Shown in pieces: positions 38,734 to 47,460 of a stretch of 64,000 nt of DNA; the stretch's first letter is position 1; each line of letters begins with the position of its first letter. Position numbers and translations under genes: made by a program. The DNA lies in NCBI GenBank assembly GCA_963663165.1, contig OY760175.1:4576001-4640000 (forward strand), read 5' to 3'. The notes beneath the pieces were generated by a model. The model saw only the letters and a program-made list of their open reading frames with translations, ran no database searches and was not told where the DNA came from. Source of the stretch: an uncultured Desulfospira sp. GTDB taxonomy: Bacteria; Desulfobacterota; Desulfobacteria; Desulfobacterales; Desulfobacteraceae.

Positions 38734-41157
38734 ATGATGACCTGTGCGGATTTGCACCTTCATTCCTGCTATTCAAAACACCCTGCCGAATGGTTTTTAA
38801 AACGGATCGGCACCCAGGAATCCTATACGGATATTGATTTTATTTATCACTCTGCCAAGGAGCGGGGCATGGCGTTTGTGACCTTAACGGATCATAACAC
38901 CATCAAGGGCGCCCTTGAGCTTCACCGCCGGCATCCGGACGACACCTTTGTCAGTGTGGAGGTCACGGCCTATTTTCCGGAAAACGGATGCAAGGTCCAT
39001 GTCCTGGTCTATGATGTTGACGAGGGACAGTTTTCCAAAATTGATGCCATCAGGAGAAATATCTATGATTTAAGGGAGTTTCTGGTTGAAAACGACATTG
39101 TTCATTCCCTGGCCCATGCCACTTACAATGTAAATGACAAGTTAGATGCAGATCTGGTTGAAAAGCTTATGCTGCTGTTTAATAATTTTGAGGGGATCAA
39201 CGGGGCCAGAAGCCCATATTATGCCAGAAAATGGATGAAGCTTTTAGGGGAACTCACCCCGGAGGACATGATCCGCTTAGAGGCCAAACACGGGATCAAA
39301 CCCCATGGGCCCACCCCCTGGAAAAAGGGGCTGACCGGCGGCTCTGACGACCACGCCGGACTCTTCCATGCCATGACCTTTACCAAGGCCCCTCAATGTC
39401 ATGACCATAAAACCTTTCTTAAGGCGGTGCAGGACCGGCAGACCCGTCCCGAGGGCCGGAGCCACGATTTTAAAACCTTTGCCTTTTCCATTTATAAGAT
39501 TGCCTATGATTTTTCCAGGCATAAGGCCGGTGCGGATTCCCATGACCTTTTTACCATGGTCAGTTCCATTTTGTTTGACCAGAACGGTGCCCTGATTGCC
39601 AATGCCCTGCTCCCCCAAGATCAGGACAGCAACGCCGCCCGGGAGGCCCGGTGCCCGGAGACCCTGATGATGGAGTTTTTGTCCGCCATTGCCAAGGACC
39701 TTAACGATACCGGCGATTCAGATCTGGATACCAAGTTTGACCGGATTTATGCGGACCTGTCTTCTTTGATTGACAACTATTTTATCATGGTCATGGACTC
39801 CATGGCCGATGCCATTGACAAACTGTCCCTGGTGTCGTTCCTGAAAAACCTGTTTGCCTCTCTTCCCTTTTTCTTTTTGTCCACCCCCTTTGTCACCAGT
39901 GTCCGGCACCTGTCCCGTGACCGGATCATTATCAACCGGCTCCGGGAACAGATGGACAAACCCGAGGCCCCATCGGGAAAACGGGTCCTCTGGTTTACCG
40001 ATACCATCCATGACCTGAACGGCGTTTCCGTCAGCCTGCGCCAGATTGCCTGGCACGCCTTCAGGACCGACCGGAACCTGACCCTGGTCACCTGCCATCC
40101 CGGCGGGGATAAAATCAAGTCTTTGCCCCCCAATGTGATGAACCTGGACAGTGTCTATTCCTACAGGCCGGAACTTTATACCTCCTATACCATGTACTTT
40201 CCCTCACTTCTTAAGGCCATTGACCAGATCAGCACCTGCAACCCGGACCGGGTAATTATCTCCACCCCCGGTCCTGTGGGCCTTCTCGGCCTCATGGCGG
40301 CCCGGATGCTGGATATCCCCAGCACCGGTATTTATCATACGGATTTTAAAGTCCAGATGGACCTGACGGTTAAAGAGCCGTCCCTGTCCTCTTTGATTTT
40401 TCAGTATGACCGGATGTTTTTTTCCAAGATGGATGAGATCAGGGTTCCCTCCAAGGCCTATGTGGATATTTTGACCGACCGGGGATATCCCAAAGAAAAA
40501 TTAAAAATTTTCGAACGGGGGATCAACACCAGCCTGTTCAATTACCGGGAACCGGAAATTCAGGCGTCCCCGGATAAGGCGTTTACCCTCCTTTGGGCCG
40601 GCCGGGTCAGCCATGATAAAAACATCACCTATCTGCTGGAGGTCTTTGAGCAGGTCAAGGAACAGGTTCCGGGAATCCGGCTGCTCATGGCCGGCCACGG
40701 GCCGGACTTTGATTATTTCAAAGAAATCACGGACCAGATGCCGGGGGTTGAAATGAAGGGCAAGGTCGATTACGAGGCCCTGCCTGAATTTTACAATTCA
40801 GGCGATCTGTTTGTCTTTCCGTCCACCATGGATACCTTTGGCATGGTGGTACTGGAAGCCCAGGCCTGCGGCCTACCCGGGCTGGTCACCAATGTGGGCG
40901 GCCCCCAGGAAATCGTGGAAGACCGGGTAACGGGCCGGGTGCTTTCCCTTGCCCGCAGGGACGACTGGGTGGCGGCGGTGAAAGCCCATGTTCACCAGAA
41001 AGCCGCCGATCCGGACGGCTATGCCGATTACAAAAAAGAGATCAGCAGCCGGGTTCATGCCCAGTTCAGCTGGGAAAAGGCATTAACCGACATGATAGAC
41101 CTGCCCAACCAGTCTATCTGCATCAGGGGGGAGGCATTGTACTCTAAATCCGCATGA
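38734..41157 (+). CDS. PHP-domain / GT4 glycosyltransferase fusion
   Basis: DLHLHS, LTDHNT, GGSDDH (PHP); YHTDF, GRVSHDKN, FVFPSTMDTFGMVVLEAQACG (GT4). Confidence 0.92.
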   Translation: MMTCADLHLHSCYSKHPAEWFLKRIGTQESYTDIDFIYHSAKERGMAFVTLTDHNTIKGALELHRRHPDDTFVSVEVTAYFPENGCKVHVLVYDVDEGQFSKIDAIRRNIYDLREFLVENDIVHSLAHATYNVNDKLDADLVEKLMLLFNNFEGINGARSPYYARKWMKLLGELTPEDMIRLEAKHGIKPHGPTPWKKGLTGGSDDHAGLFHAMTFTKAPQCHDHKTFLKAVQDRQTRPEGRSHDFKTFAFSIYKIAYDFSRHKAGADSHDLFTMVSSILFDQNGALIANALLPQDQDSNAAREARCPETLMMEFLSAIAKDLNDTGDSDLDTKFDRIYADLSSLIDNYFIMVMDSMADAIDKLSLVSFLKNLFASLPFFFLSTPFVTSVRHLSRDRIIINRLREQMDKPEAPSGKRVLWFTDTIHDLNGVSVSLRQIAWHAFRTDRNLTLVTCHPGGDKIKSLPPNVMNLDSVYSYRPELYTSYTMYFPSLLKAIDQISTCNPDRVIISTPGPVGLLGLMAARMLDIPSTGIYHTDFKVQMDLTVKEPSLSSLIFQYDRMFFSKMDEIRVPSKAYVDILTDRGYPKEKLKIFERGINTSLFNYREPEIQASPDKAFTLLWAGRVSHDKNITYLLEVFEQVKEQVPGIRLLMAGHGPDFDYFKEITDQMPGVEMKGKVDYEALPEFYNSGDLFVFPSTMDTFGMVVLEAQACGLPGLVTNVGGPQEIVEDRVTGRVLSLARRDDWVAAVKAHVHQKAADPDGYADYKKEISSRVHAQFSWEKALTDMIDLPNQSICIRGEALYSKSA

Positions 41158-42449
41158 TCCAAACAATAATGGCTGCCCCGGAACGGCTCAACCGGCAATG
41201 GCGGCAAAAACTGATCCGGAACCTGCCCGGCCAGGTGGTGATCCAGATCACGGATAAATGCAACGCCACCTGTCCCCAGTGCGGCATGCGGATATCCTCA
41301 GACTTTGAAAGAAAAACCCTGGACCGGGAGGATGTGTTCAAGATTATTGATGCGGCGGCGGACCGAAAGGTCAAGGCCATCTCCTTTACCGGCGGCGAGC
41401 CCCTGCTCAGGCTGGACGACCTGTGCGATTATATGAACCGGGCCGGGGAACGGCAGATCCCCTTTATCCGGACCGGCACCAACGGGTTTATGTTCAAAGG
41501 CAGTGACAAACCCGGGTTTACCGATAAAATTACCCGGCTGGTGGAAAGACTGACCCGGACTTCCGTGAGAAATTTCTGGATCAGCCTGGATTCCTGCGAT
41601 CCGGCCATTCACGAACAGATGCGAGGATTTGAGGGGATTGTGGCAGGGATTCAAAAGGCGTTGCCCATTTTTCACGCCCACGGCCTGTACCCGTCCGCCA
41701 ACCTTGGGATCAACCGTAACTTGGGGGGCGCCCTGACCCGGAACCTGAATCCCCGGGATTTTTCAGATGCCCAAAGGTATGAACAGGCGGTTTACGAAAC
41801 CTATTGCCTCGGGTTTTCAAAGTTTTATCAAAAGGCCATTGACTTAGGATTCACTATTGTCAATGCCTGTTATCCCATGAGCGTTGATGCGGCCGATGAA
41901 GATCTTGATGCCGTTTATGCCGCCACCTGTACCGAAGATATTGTCCGGTTTACCAGAAATGAAAAGCAAATGATCTTTCTGTCCTTAAAACATACCATTC
42001 CCAAATTCCGGAATAAAATCCGGATTTTCACCCCCTTAGCCTCCCTTAACGCCCTGGTCAGGGAATACAACGGGCAGGTGAATACATCCTTTCCCTGCCA
42101 GGGGGGGCTGAACTACTATTTTATTGATTCCAGGACCGGCTCCACCTTTCCCTGCGGATACCGGGGCAGTGAAAATTTCGGAAAATTCTGGAAACTGAAT
42201 GGAAAATCTAAAGCCCTTCAGCCCGACTGCCGGTTGTGCGACTGGGAATGCTTCAGGGACCCCTCAGAACTTGCGGGCCCCATCCTGGACCTGTTTGCCG
42301 CCCCGGTTCGCCTGGCCGGAAAGGCCTTCAAAGCCCCGTCAGATCTTCAAACCTGGGCCACGGATCTCCTCTATTACCGGGCCTGCGGGTATTTTAACGG
42401 CCGGAAGCCCCCGGTCTATTCCCGTATGGGGGCGTTTTCGAAAGGATGA
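41154..42449 (+). CDS. Radical SAM protein with C-terminal auxiliary Cys cluster
   Basis: CNATCPQC, FTGGEP; C-terminal PCQGG..PCGY..CRLCDWEC; ATGA overlap with the upstream gene. Confidence 0.92.
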   Translation: MIQTIMAAPERLNRQWRQKLIRNLPGQVVIQITDKCNATCPQCGMRISSDFERKTLDREDVFKIIDAAADRKVKAISFTGGEPLLRLDDLCDYMNRAGERQIPFIRTGTNGFMFKGSDKPGFTDKITRLVERLTRTSVRNFWISLDSCDPAIHEQMRGFEGIVAGIQKALPIFHAHGLYPSANLGINRNLGGALTRNLNPRDFSDAQRYEQAVYETYCLGFSKFYQKAIDLGFTIVNACYPMSVDAADEDLDAVYAATCTEDIVRFTRNEKQMIFLSLKHTIPKFRNKIRIFTPLASLNALVREYNGQVNTSFPCQGGLNYYFIDSRTGSTFPCGYRGSENFGKFWKLNGKSKALQPDCRLCDWECFRDPSELAGPILDLFAAPVRLAGKAFKAPSDLQTWATDLLYYRACGYFNGRKPPVYSRMGAFSKG

Positions 42450-42601
42450 TAGAATAAAGTCTCCCCGACCTCAAATCACACTGCCCCACTTGAACCCCCC
42501 TTAGGCATCGCCCCGCCTAAGGGGGCACTCAAAAATAAATCACCAATTTTGATTCAACGAAGGCTCGAAGAGGAGCGCATGCTCACACTTGGGCCAAAAG
42601 A

Positions 42602-43216
42602 TTATTTTGAGATGGCTTCTAACATTTTGTGCAGGGCTTTATTGTCTGGAAAGTACTTTATCAGGCTGTCTTCAAAACGTTTCCATTTTCTGCTTATTTT
42701 TCTTCTGGCCAGCCAGGCGCTGTGGTTACAGATTGGGATGAACTCTGCATTGCCGATATTATCAACAACAAATAATTGAGAAATACCGGATTTATCTCTT
42801 TGGCATAATACGTTTCTGTGCGCAAGCCTGCTGGTTACAATCCAGTGTTCCAATAAATATTTTTTCAATGAATTCAAGGAATTCAGCAGATTGTCATAGT
42901 ACGGCTCCATTATCTGGCTGGTGGATATATAGTCTCCTAATGTTTTTGACACGCAGCCGTCATAATCCAGAATGAGATCAAAAACAGAGCCCATGCCCAG
43001 ATTTGTTTCTATTTCACCATGATATTTAGGAATCATATCCCAGGAGATGTTCCTTTTTTGAAGATGTATATAATATTTTCTTTCGCGCTGCTCCTTCCGG
43101 CCCGTAATTTTCTCGTCAACTGTTATCTTGATACAAAGATCGGGGTTTTCAGGATGTCTGTAAACGTCTCTATGATGTCCTTTTCCAACAACATTATTTT
43201 CATTAATATTAATCAT
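42602..43216 (-). CDS. YrbL-family kinase-like protein (AT-rich)
   Basis: GKGHHRDVYRHP..LCIK, YHGEIETNLG.G.VFDLI.D, VVDNIG, RKISRKW.RF. Confidence 0.8.
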   Translation of the reverse strand: MININENNVVGKGHHRDVYRHPENPDLCIKITVDEKITGRKEQRERKYYIHLQKRNISWDMIPKYHGEIETNLGMGSVFDLILDYDGCVSKTLGDYISTSQIMEPYYDNLLNSLNSLKKYLLEHWIVTSRLAHRNVLCQRDKSGISQLFVVDNIGNAEFIPICNHSAWLARRKISRKWKRFEDSLIKYFPDNKALHKMLEAISK

Positions 43217-43425
43217 AAAATTAAGCCCACTTACTGTTTGATGACAGGCGGTTTTGTAACCAGGCACAAAAGGCCGGCTAAGACGAGAAGAATACTAAAC
43301 ACTGAAAAGAGAATCCAGTAGTTATTTCAATTCGGTAATTCGGGGGACTAAAATATTTACAAGCCAATTTTAATTTTGTTTCGTGGTTCCAAATTTGATA
43401 ATTTAGTATCGCCCCCTATAATTAA

Positions 43426-43472
43426 AACGCCCTGTGCGGACCCGCACGCAGGGTGCTGTCCGGCTACCCGAT
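43426..43472 (+). mobile_element. Group IIC intron 3' remnant (domain V and deleted domain VI)
   Basis: AACGCCCTGTGCGGACCCGCACGCAGGGTG (CGC triad, AC bulge) then CGGCTACCCGAT intron end. Confidence 0.75.
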
Positions 43473-43477
43473 TATCT

Positions 43478-43777
43478 TTAATCCGCCTTAAGCCAAAGTT
43501 CAAGAGCAAATGAGATTGCTTGTTTTACAAGATTAAGTTTTGTCTGATCGAGTGTTGTAATTAACGCACCAATTTTTCCCTTGGGTACGGTTTGAATATG
43601 GTCACAATTGATTGCGCATTCTTTGGCCATTCCATCACTTTGGAACAAAATTACTTTGCTGGGAATATCTCTGATGGTAGACGCTATTGGAACAATAGTT
43701 ATTTCCCCAAGATAGTCAATCACCGAATTGCGAGTGATTATCAGAACTGGTCGCTTTTTATGTGGCGCTTTGAATTT
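43478..43777 (-). pseudogene. 5'-truncated MazF/PemK toxin, no antitoxin
   Basis: KKRPVLIITRN, ITIVPIAS, CAINCDHIQTV; the N-terminus is replaced by the IS91-like fragment. Confidence 0.78.
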
Positions 43778-44172
43778 GATAACACAATCCCGACAATTAT
43801 GCAAAATAAGGTGTCTTCGAAAGAAGCAAGGCAGAATTGGGCCAGGTTAATCCAAAAAATTTATGAAGTTGATCCTTTGGTTTGCCCAAAATGTCAGGGG
43901 CAAATGAAACTGGTTTCTTTTGTGGAAAATCTCGATGTTTTATATGAAAGTCTCACTAACGTCCTGAGAAGACTTTCAATATTTGTTGTGGGCGGCTCTT
44001 GGTTGGATAACCAAAGCGGCCCGTGGCCGTTATAGAAAAAATTCTGCGTCACCTGGGCTTATGGGATATTCACAAGCATGATCTACCTCAGCAGAGTATT
44101 TCTGATCCCATTCTTGAATTGGTTTATGACTTTTCAGTCTCCCAGATCCCGGCAGTTGAGTATTGGAATTGA
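43778..44172 (+). pseudogene. C-terminal fragment of an IS91-like transposase interrupted by a 92-bp element
   Basis: RQNWARLIQKIYEVDPLVCPKCQGQMK..LD|VIEKILRHLGLW reads in frame once 43937-44028 is removed. Confidence 0.8.
43937..44028 (+). mobile_element. 92-bp two-hairpin miniature element, copy 2
   Basis: Precisely splits the transposase frame; matches 36738-36829. Confidence 0.88.
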
Positions 44173-44308
44173 TTTTCACTGTACGCGGGGTTTCTGGTGA
44201 GGTGCGCCTAAAGTCAGATTAAATTGGGGAGTTTTCATATTTGCTTTGGAGATTTATGATACCGACTGTCCTTTTGCCTCTGCCCTGCTACATCCCTTTT
44301 TTCGGAGA

Positions 44309-44364
44309 ATGCCCCTGTCGGGCCACAGGCACAACATGTTGTGCCTGTGGCCCGACAGGGGCAT
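44309..44364. repeat. 56-bp perfect spacerless palindrome
   Basis: ATGCCCCTGTCGGGCCACAGGCACAACA|TGTTGTGCCTGTGGCCCGACAGGGGCAT. Confidence 0.95.
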
Positions 44365-44424
44365 ATTTCAAGCTCCTAGTATTTTTTATACTTTGGGAGT
44401 CAAAAAGCAAGTTCTGTATTAAAT

Positions 44425-45798
44425 TTATTTTTTATCTGAATAAAAAATTTGTTTTGGATTGACCTTTGAAATGGATTTTTTCCGGCCATAAAGCAGGTCG
44501 TCCATGAAAAGGGCGATTCTCTGATTGATCACATTTCTTGAAATATAGAACCGGACCAGTTTATGGATTAAGGTGTCCGGTTTGGTGTAGGGACACACGG
44601 CAATGCACAGGCCGCAGTCCGTGCCGATGGTTTTCCAGTATGAAAAGCATTTTTCCTGGCTGATAGACCAGTGGCGTGTATTCCGGCTGACCGGTTCCGG
44701 ACCGTGGCGTATGGAGCCTGACGGGCAGTTGTCTGCACATTTTTTGCAGATTTTGCAAAACTCTCCCATGGACGGGGAAGACAGGTTGGGAGAGTCGGGA
44801 AGCTCAAGTTCTGTGGTCACCAGGGCCAGCCGGACGCAGGGGCCAAAGACCCTGTGCATGAAAAGCCCCATCCGGCCCAGTTCTCCCATGCCCGAAGCCA
44901 CCGCTGCCGGCACACACAGGGTATCGTAGTTGGCATCGGTGTGGGCCCGGGCCCGGTACCCGAAATCCCGGATGTATTCGGCCGTAATGCTGGCGATTTT
45001 AGCCACTTCCACATATTTCTGGGCCGATTCCTGGATAACGCTTCCGGTAGGGGCCTGACGGAGCATGGGAACCCGCATGGGAACAACTATAACAATGGCG
45101 GTACAGTAATCCTGGTCCGTCTTTTCACCCCAGTGACGGGCATGCCTTCCTCTGTGGCTGTAGAAATGATAGGGTTTTAACCGGGTAAAGCCGATATCAC
45201 AGGCCCCGTAAAACCGGGCAAATTCCGAGAGGGTCCGGGCAAACTCGACCCTGTTGATTTCTTTTTTTTCAGCCGCCACGTCACCGTCAGACAACGGGAT
45301 GGCACGTTCCAGGTATTTGAATGCCGCGATATAGGCCGGGGCGGCAAGATCATGGTGAAACACCTGGGCCTTATCCCCGAATTCAGGCTTGGCATGGATC
45401 TGGGCGTCCACAGACCGGTTTTCAGGCCGCATCTCATAATAATCCGCCATCAGTTCCGGATAGTGCTGCAGGTTGTTCCGGGCAAACATATTGTCCCGCT
45501 CATCATATGGCCTGACATCTGAATCATCCCTTTCAGGGGATTGGCCTGGAAAAAAACGGGCTAAGGAGAGCAGGCCAAACAGGCCAAACCCTGCAATAAC
45601 CAGAACATTCAAAGGCCTTACAGCAGACGGCGCAAATAGGAAAAAGATCCAGACCAGGCCGTTGATCCCGAAAAACAGGAATGAAATTTTGGCGGCACGG
45701 GGTTCTTTTTCCATGACGGAGGAGATGCCAAGCAGCAGAAAAAATGAGCTTAAACCGATAAGAACAACGGCATTGATGACAGTTAACATAAATTCCAT
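44425..45798 (-). CDS. Reductive dehalogenase-like cobalamin/2x[4Fe-4S] protein with N-terminal TM helices
   Basis: YIRDFGYRARAH, GMGELGRMG, FGPCVRL, FCKICKKCADNCP, CFSYW..DCGLCIAVCPY; three hydrophobic N-terminal segments; start uncertain. Confidence 0.8.
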   Translation of the reverse strand: MEFMLTVINAVVLIGLSSFFLLLGISSVMEKEPRAAKISFLFFGINGLVWIFFLFAPSAVRPLNVLVIAGFGLFGLLSLARFFPGQSPERDDSDVRPYDERDNMFARNNLQHYPELMADYYEMRPENRSVDAQIHAKPEFGDKAQVFHHDLAAPAYIAAFKYLERAIPLSDGDVAAEKKEINRVEFARTLSEFARFYGACDIGFTRLKPYHFYSHRGRHARHWGEKTDQDYCTAIVIVVPMRVPMLRQAPTGSVIQESAQKYVEVAKIASITAEYIRDFGYRARAHTDANYDTLCVPAAVASGMGELGRMGLFMHRVFGPCVRLALVTTELELPDSPNLSSPSMGEFCKICKKCADNCPSGSIRHGPEPVSRNTRHWSISQEKCFSYWKTIGTDCGLCIAVCPYTKPDTLIHKLVRFYISRNVINQRIALFMDDLLYGRKKSISKVNPKQIFYSDKK

Positions 45799-46103
45799 GA
45801 CAGTTTTGGCAACTCTTTTTTTTGTTTTCCGACCCCAGAAAACAGATCCATTATTTTGAAATTCCCGCTCATTCCAAGCGACAGCAGTGCCACAGCAGTC
45901 ATATACCAAAAGGCCTGGCGGCTGGTCAATGCTGTAGATTCGGGCAGCCCTGATGGCGTGATCGGGAATGCCTGAAACCCAGATCCTGAAAATAAAAAAA
46001 ATTCAACAAGGCTTTCCAAACAGTGATTTATCCTGTAATTATGGCGGCTTAATTTTAACCTTTTATTGACCCCGGGCAACCCCCGGAGGCTGTGAAAAAG
46101 ATC

Positions 46104-47390
46104 ATGAAACCCATATTCGGCATTGATTTTGGGACCTCCAACTCCGCGTTGGCCGTCTGTGTTGACAACCAGGTCCGTCTTCTGGACGTGGATCCGGGCA
46201 ACCCCCTGTCCAATTCATTGAAATCCATTCTTTATTTTATCAAGGAAGACGGCCGGGCGCTTTCTTATGTCGGCCACGAGGGCGTTAGAAATTATATTGA
46301 TAACGGTGCCGAAGGCCGGTATATGCAGTCGGTCAAATCCTTTTTGTCAGACACTTCGTTTAAGCACACCGCCGTTTACGGTAAACAGTATACCCTTGAA
46401 GAGCTGATATCCCTGATCCTTCGAACCATGAAGGAACGCGGAGAGAGGATCATTGGGAAAGCGGTTGACCGGGTTGTCCTGGGCCGGCCGGTAATTTTTT
46501 CCCCGGAAGAGGACAGGGAGCGCACGGCACAGGATCGTCTGATCCGGGCGGCACACCTTGCCGGGTTTAAGGATGTCCGCTTGCAGATGGAACCGGTGGC
46601 TGCGGCCCGGGCCTATGAGGCCGGGCTTGAACCGGGCCATGAACAGATGGTGCTGGTAGGGGATTTTGGCGCGGGAAGTTCTGACTTCACTGTTCTTAAG
46701 GTCGGAAAAGACGCCGGCACCATTGCATCGGAGCAGAATATTCTCTCTGTGGGCGGGCTGTACGTGGGCGGAGATGATTTTGATGCCCGGATCATGCGGC
46801 ATAAAGTGGCCTGGCATTACGGCACCCAGGTTCAGGTTAAATCCATGTTCAGCGAGAATCTGACAGGACTCTCCCCCCTGGTGCTGGCCCATCTTCTTCA
46901 ATGGCACCGGATTCCGTGGCTCAGACAGCCCAAAATCCTTGAAAGCATCAAGGAACTTAAAGTCTGTGCTGGTTTAAAAGACAGGCGCCTTCTGGAAAAT
47001 CTGGAGCATCTGATCGAGGATAATTACGGATATCTCCTGTTTAAGGCCATTGAATCGGCAAAGTGCCGCCTTTCGGATCATGAAGAGGGGGCCGTCATTT
47101 TCAAAGATTACGGCATTCATATTGAAGAACCGGTTCTAAGAAGTGAGTTTGAGCAGATGATAGGGGATCTGGTGGAAAAAATCGGGGCCTGCGTGGATCA
47201 CACCATTGCCGGTGCCGGCATTGCTCCTGACCGGATTGATGCGGTTTTTCTTACTGGCGGCACCTCGTACATTCCCCGGATCAGGAAAATTTTTGAATCC
47301 CGCCTGGGCCCGGAAAAGATCAAAACAGCCGATGCCTTCTCCAGTGTGGCATACGGCCTTGCCCTTGAGGGCGGGCTTTGGGCGGCTTAA
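46104..47390 (+). CDS. Hsp70-family protein (YegD-like)
   Basis: GIDFGTSNS, VVLGRPV.F, EPVAAA, DFGAGSSDF, LTGGTS; alternative start GTG 46092. Confidence 0.9.
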   Translation: MKPIFGIDFGTSNSALAVCVDNQVRLLDVDPGNPLSNSLKSILYFIKEDGRALSYVGHEGVRNYIDNGAEGRYMQSVKSFLSDTSFKHTAVYGKQYTLEELISLILRTMKERGERIIGKAVDRVVLGRPVIFSPEEDRERTAQDRLIRAAHLAGFKDVRLQMEPVAAARAYEAGLEPGHEQMVLVGDFGAGSSDFTVLKVGKDAGTIASEQNILSVGGLYVGGDDFDARIMRHKVAWHYGTQVQVKSMFSENLTGLSPLVLAHLLQWHRIPWLRQPKILESIKELKVCAGLKDRRLLENLEHLIEDNYGYLLFKAIESAKCRLSDHEEGAVIFKDYGIHIEEPVLRSEFEQMIGDLVEKIGACVDHTIAGAGIAPDRIDAVFLTGGTSYIPRIRKIFESRLGPEKIKTADAFSSVAYGLALEGGLWAA

Positions 47391-47460
47391 TGGCTGGCCA
47401 AGCCCGGGGTTGAATCGGTTCTGTCTTTTAAAATCCCATCCAGGTGTTGTTACATGGCCT

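Noticed and set aside
43592..44035. 147-aa ORF as an intact gene
   Set aside because: Chimera of antisense mazF, the transposase fragment and the 92-bp insertion
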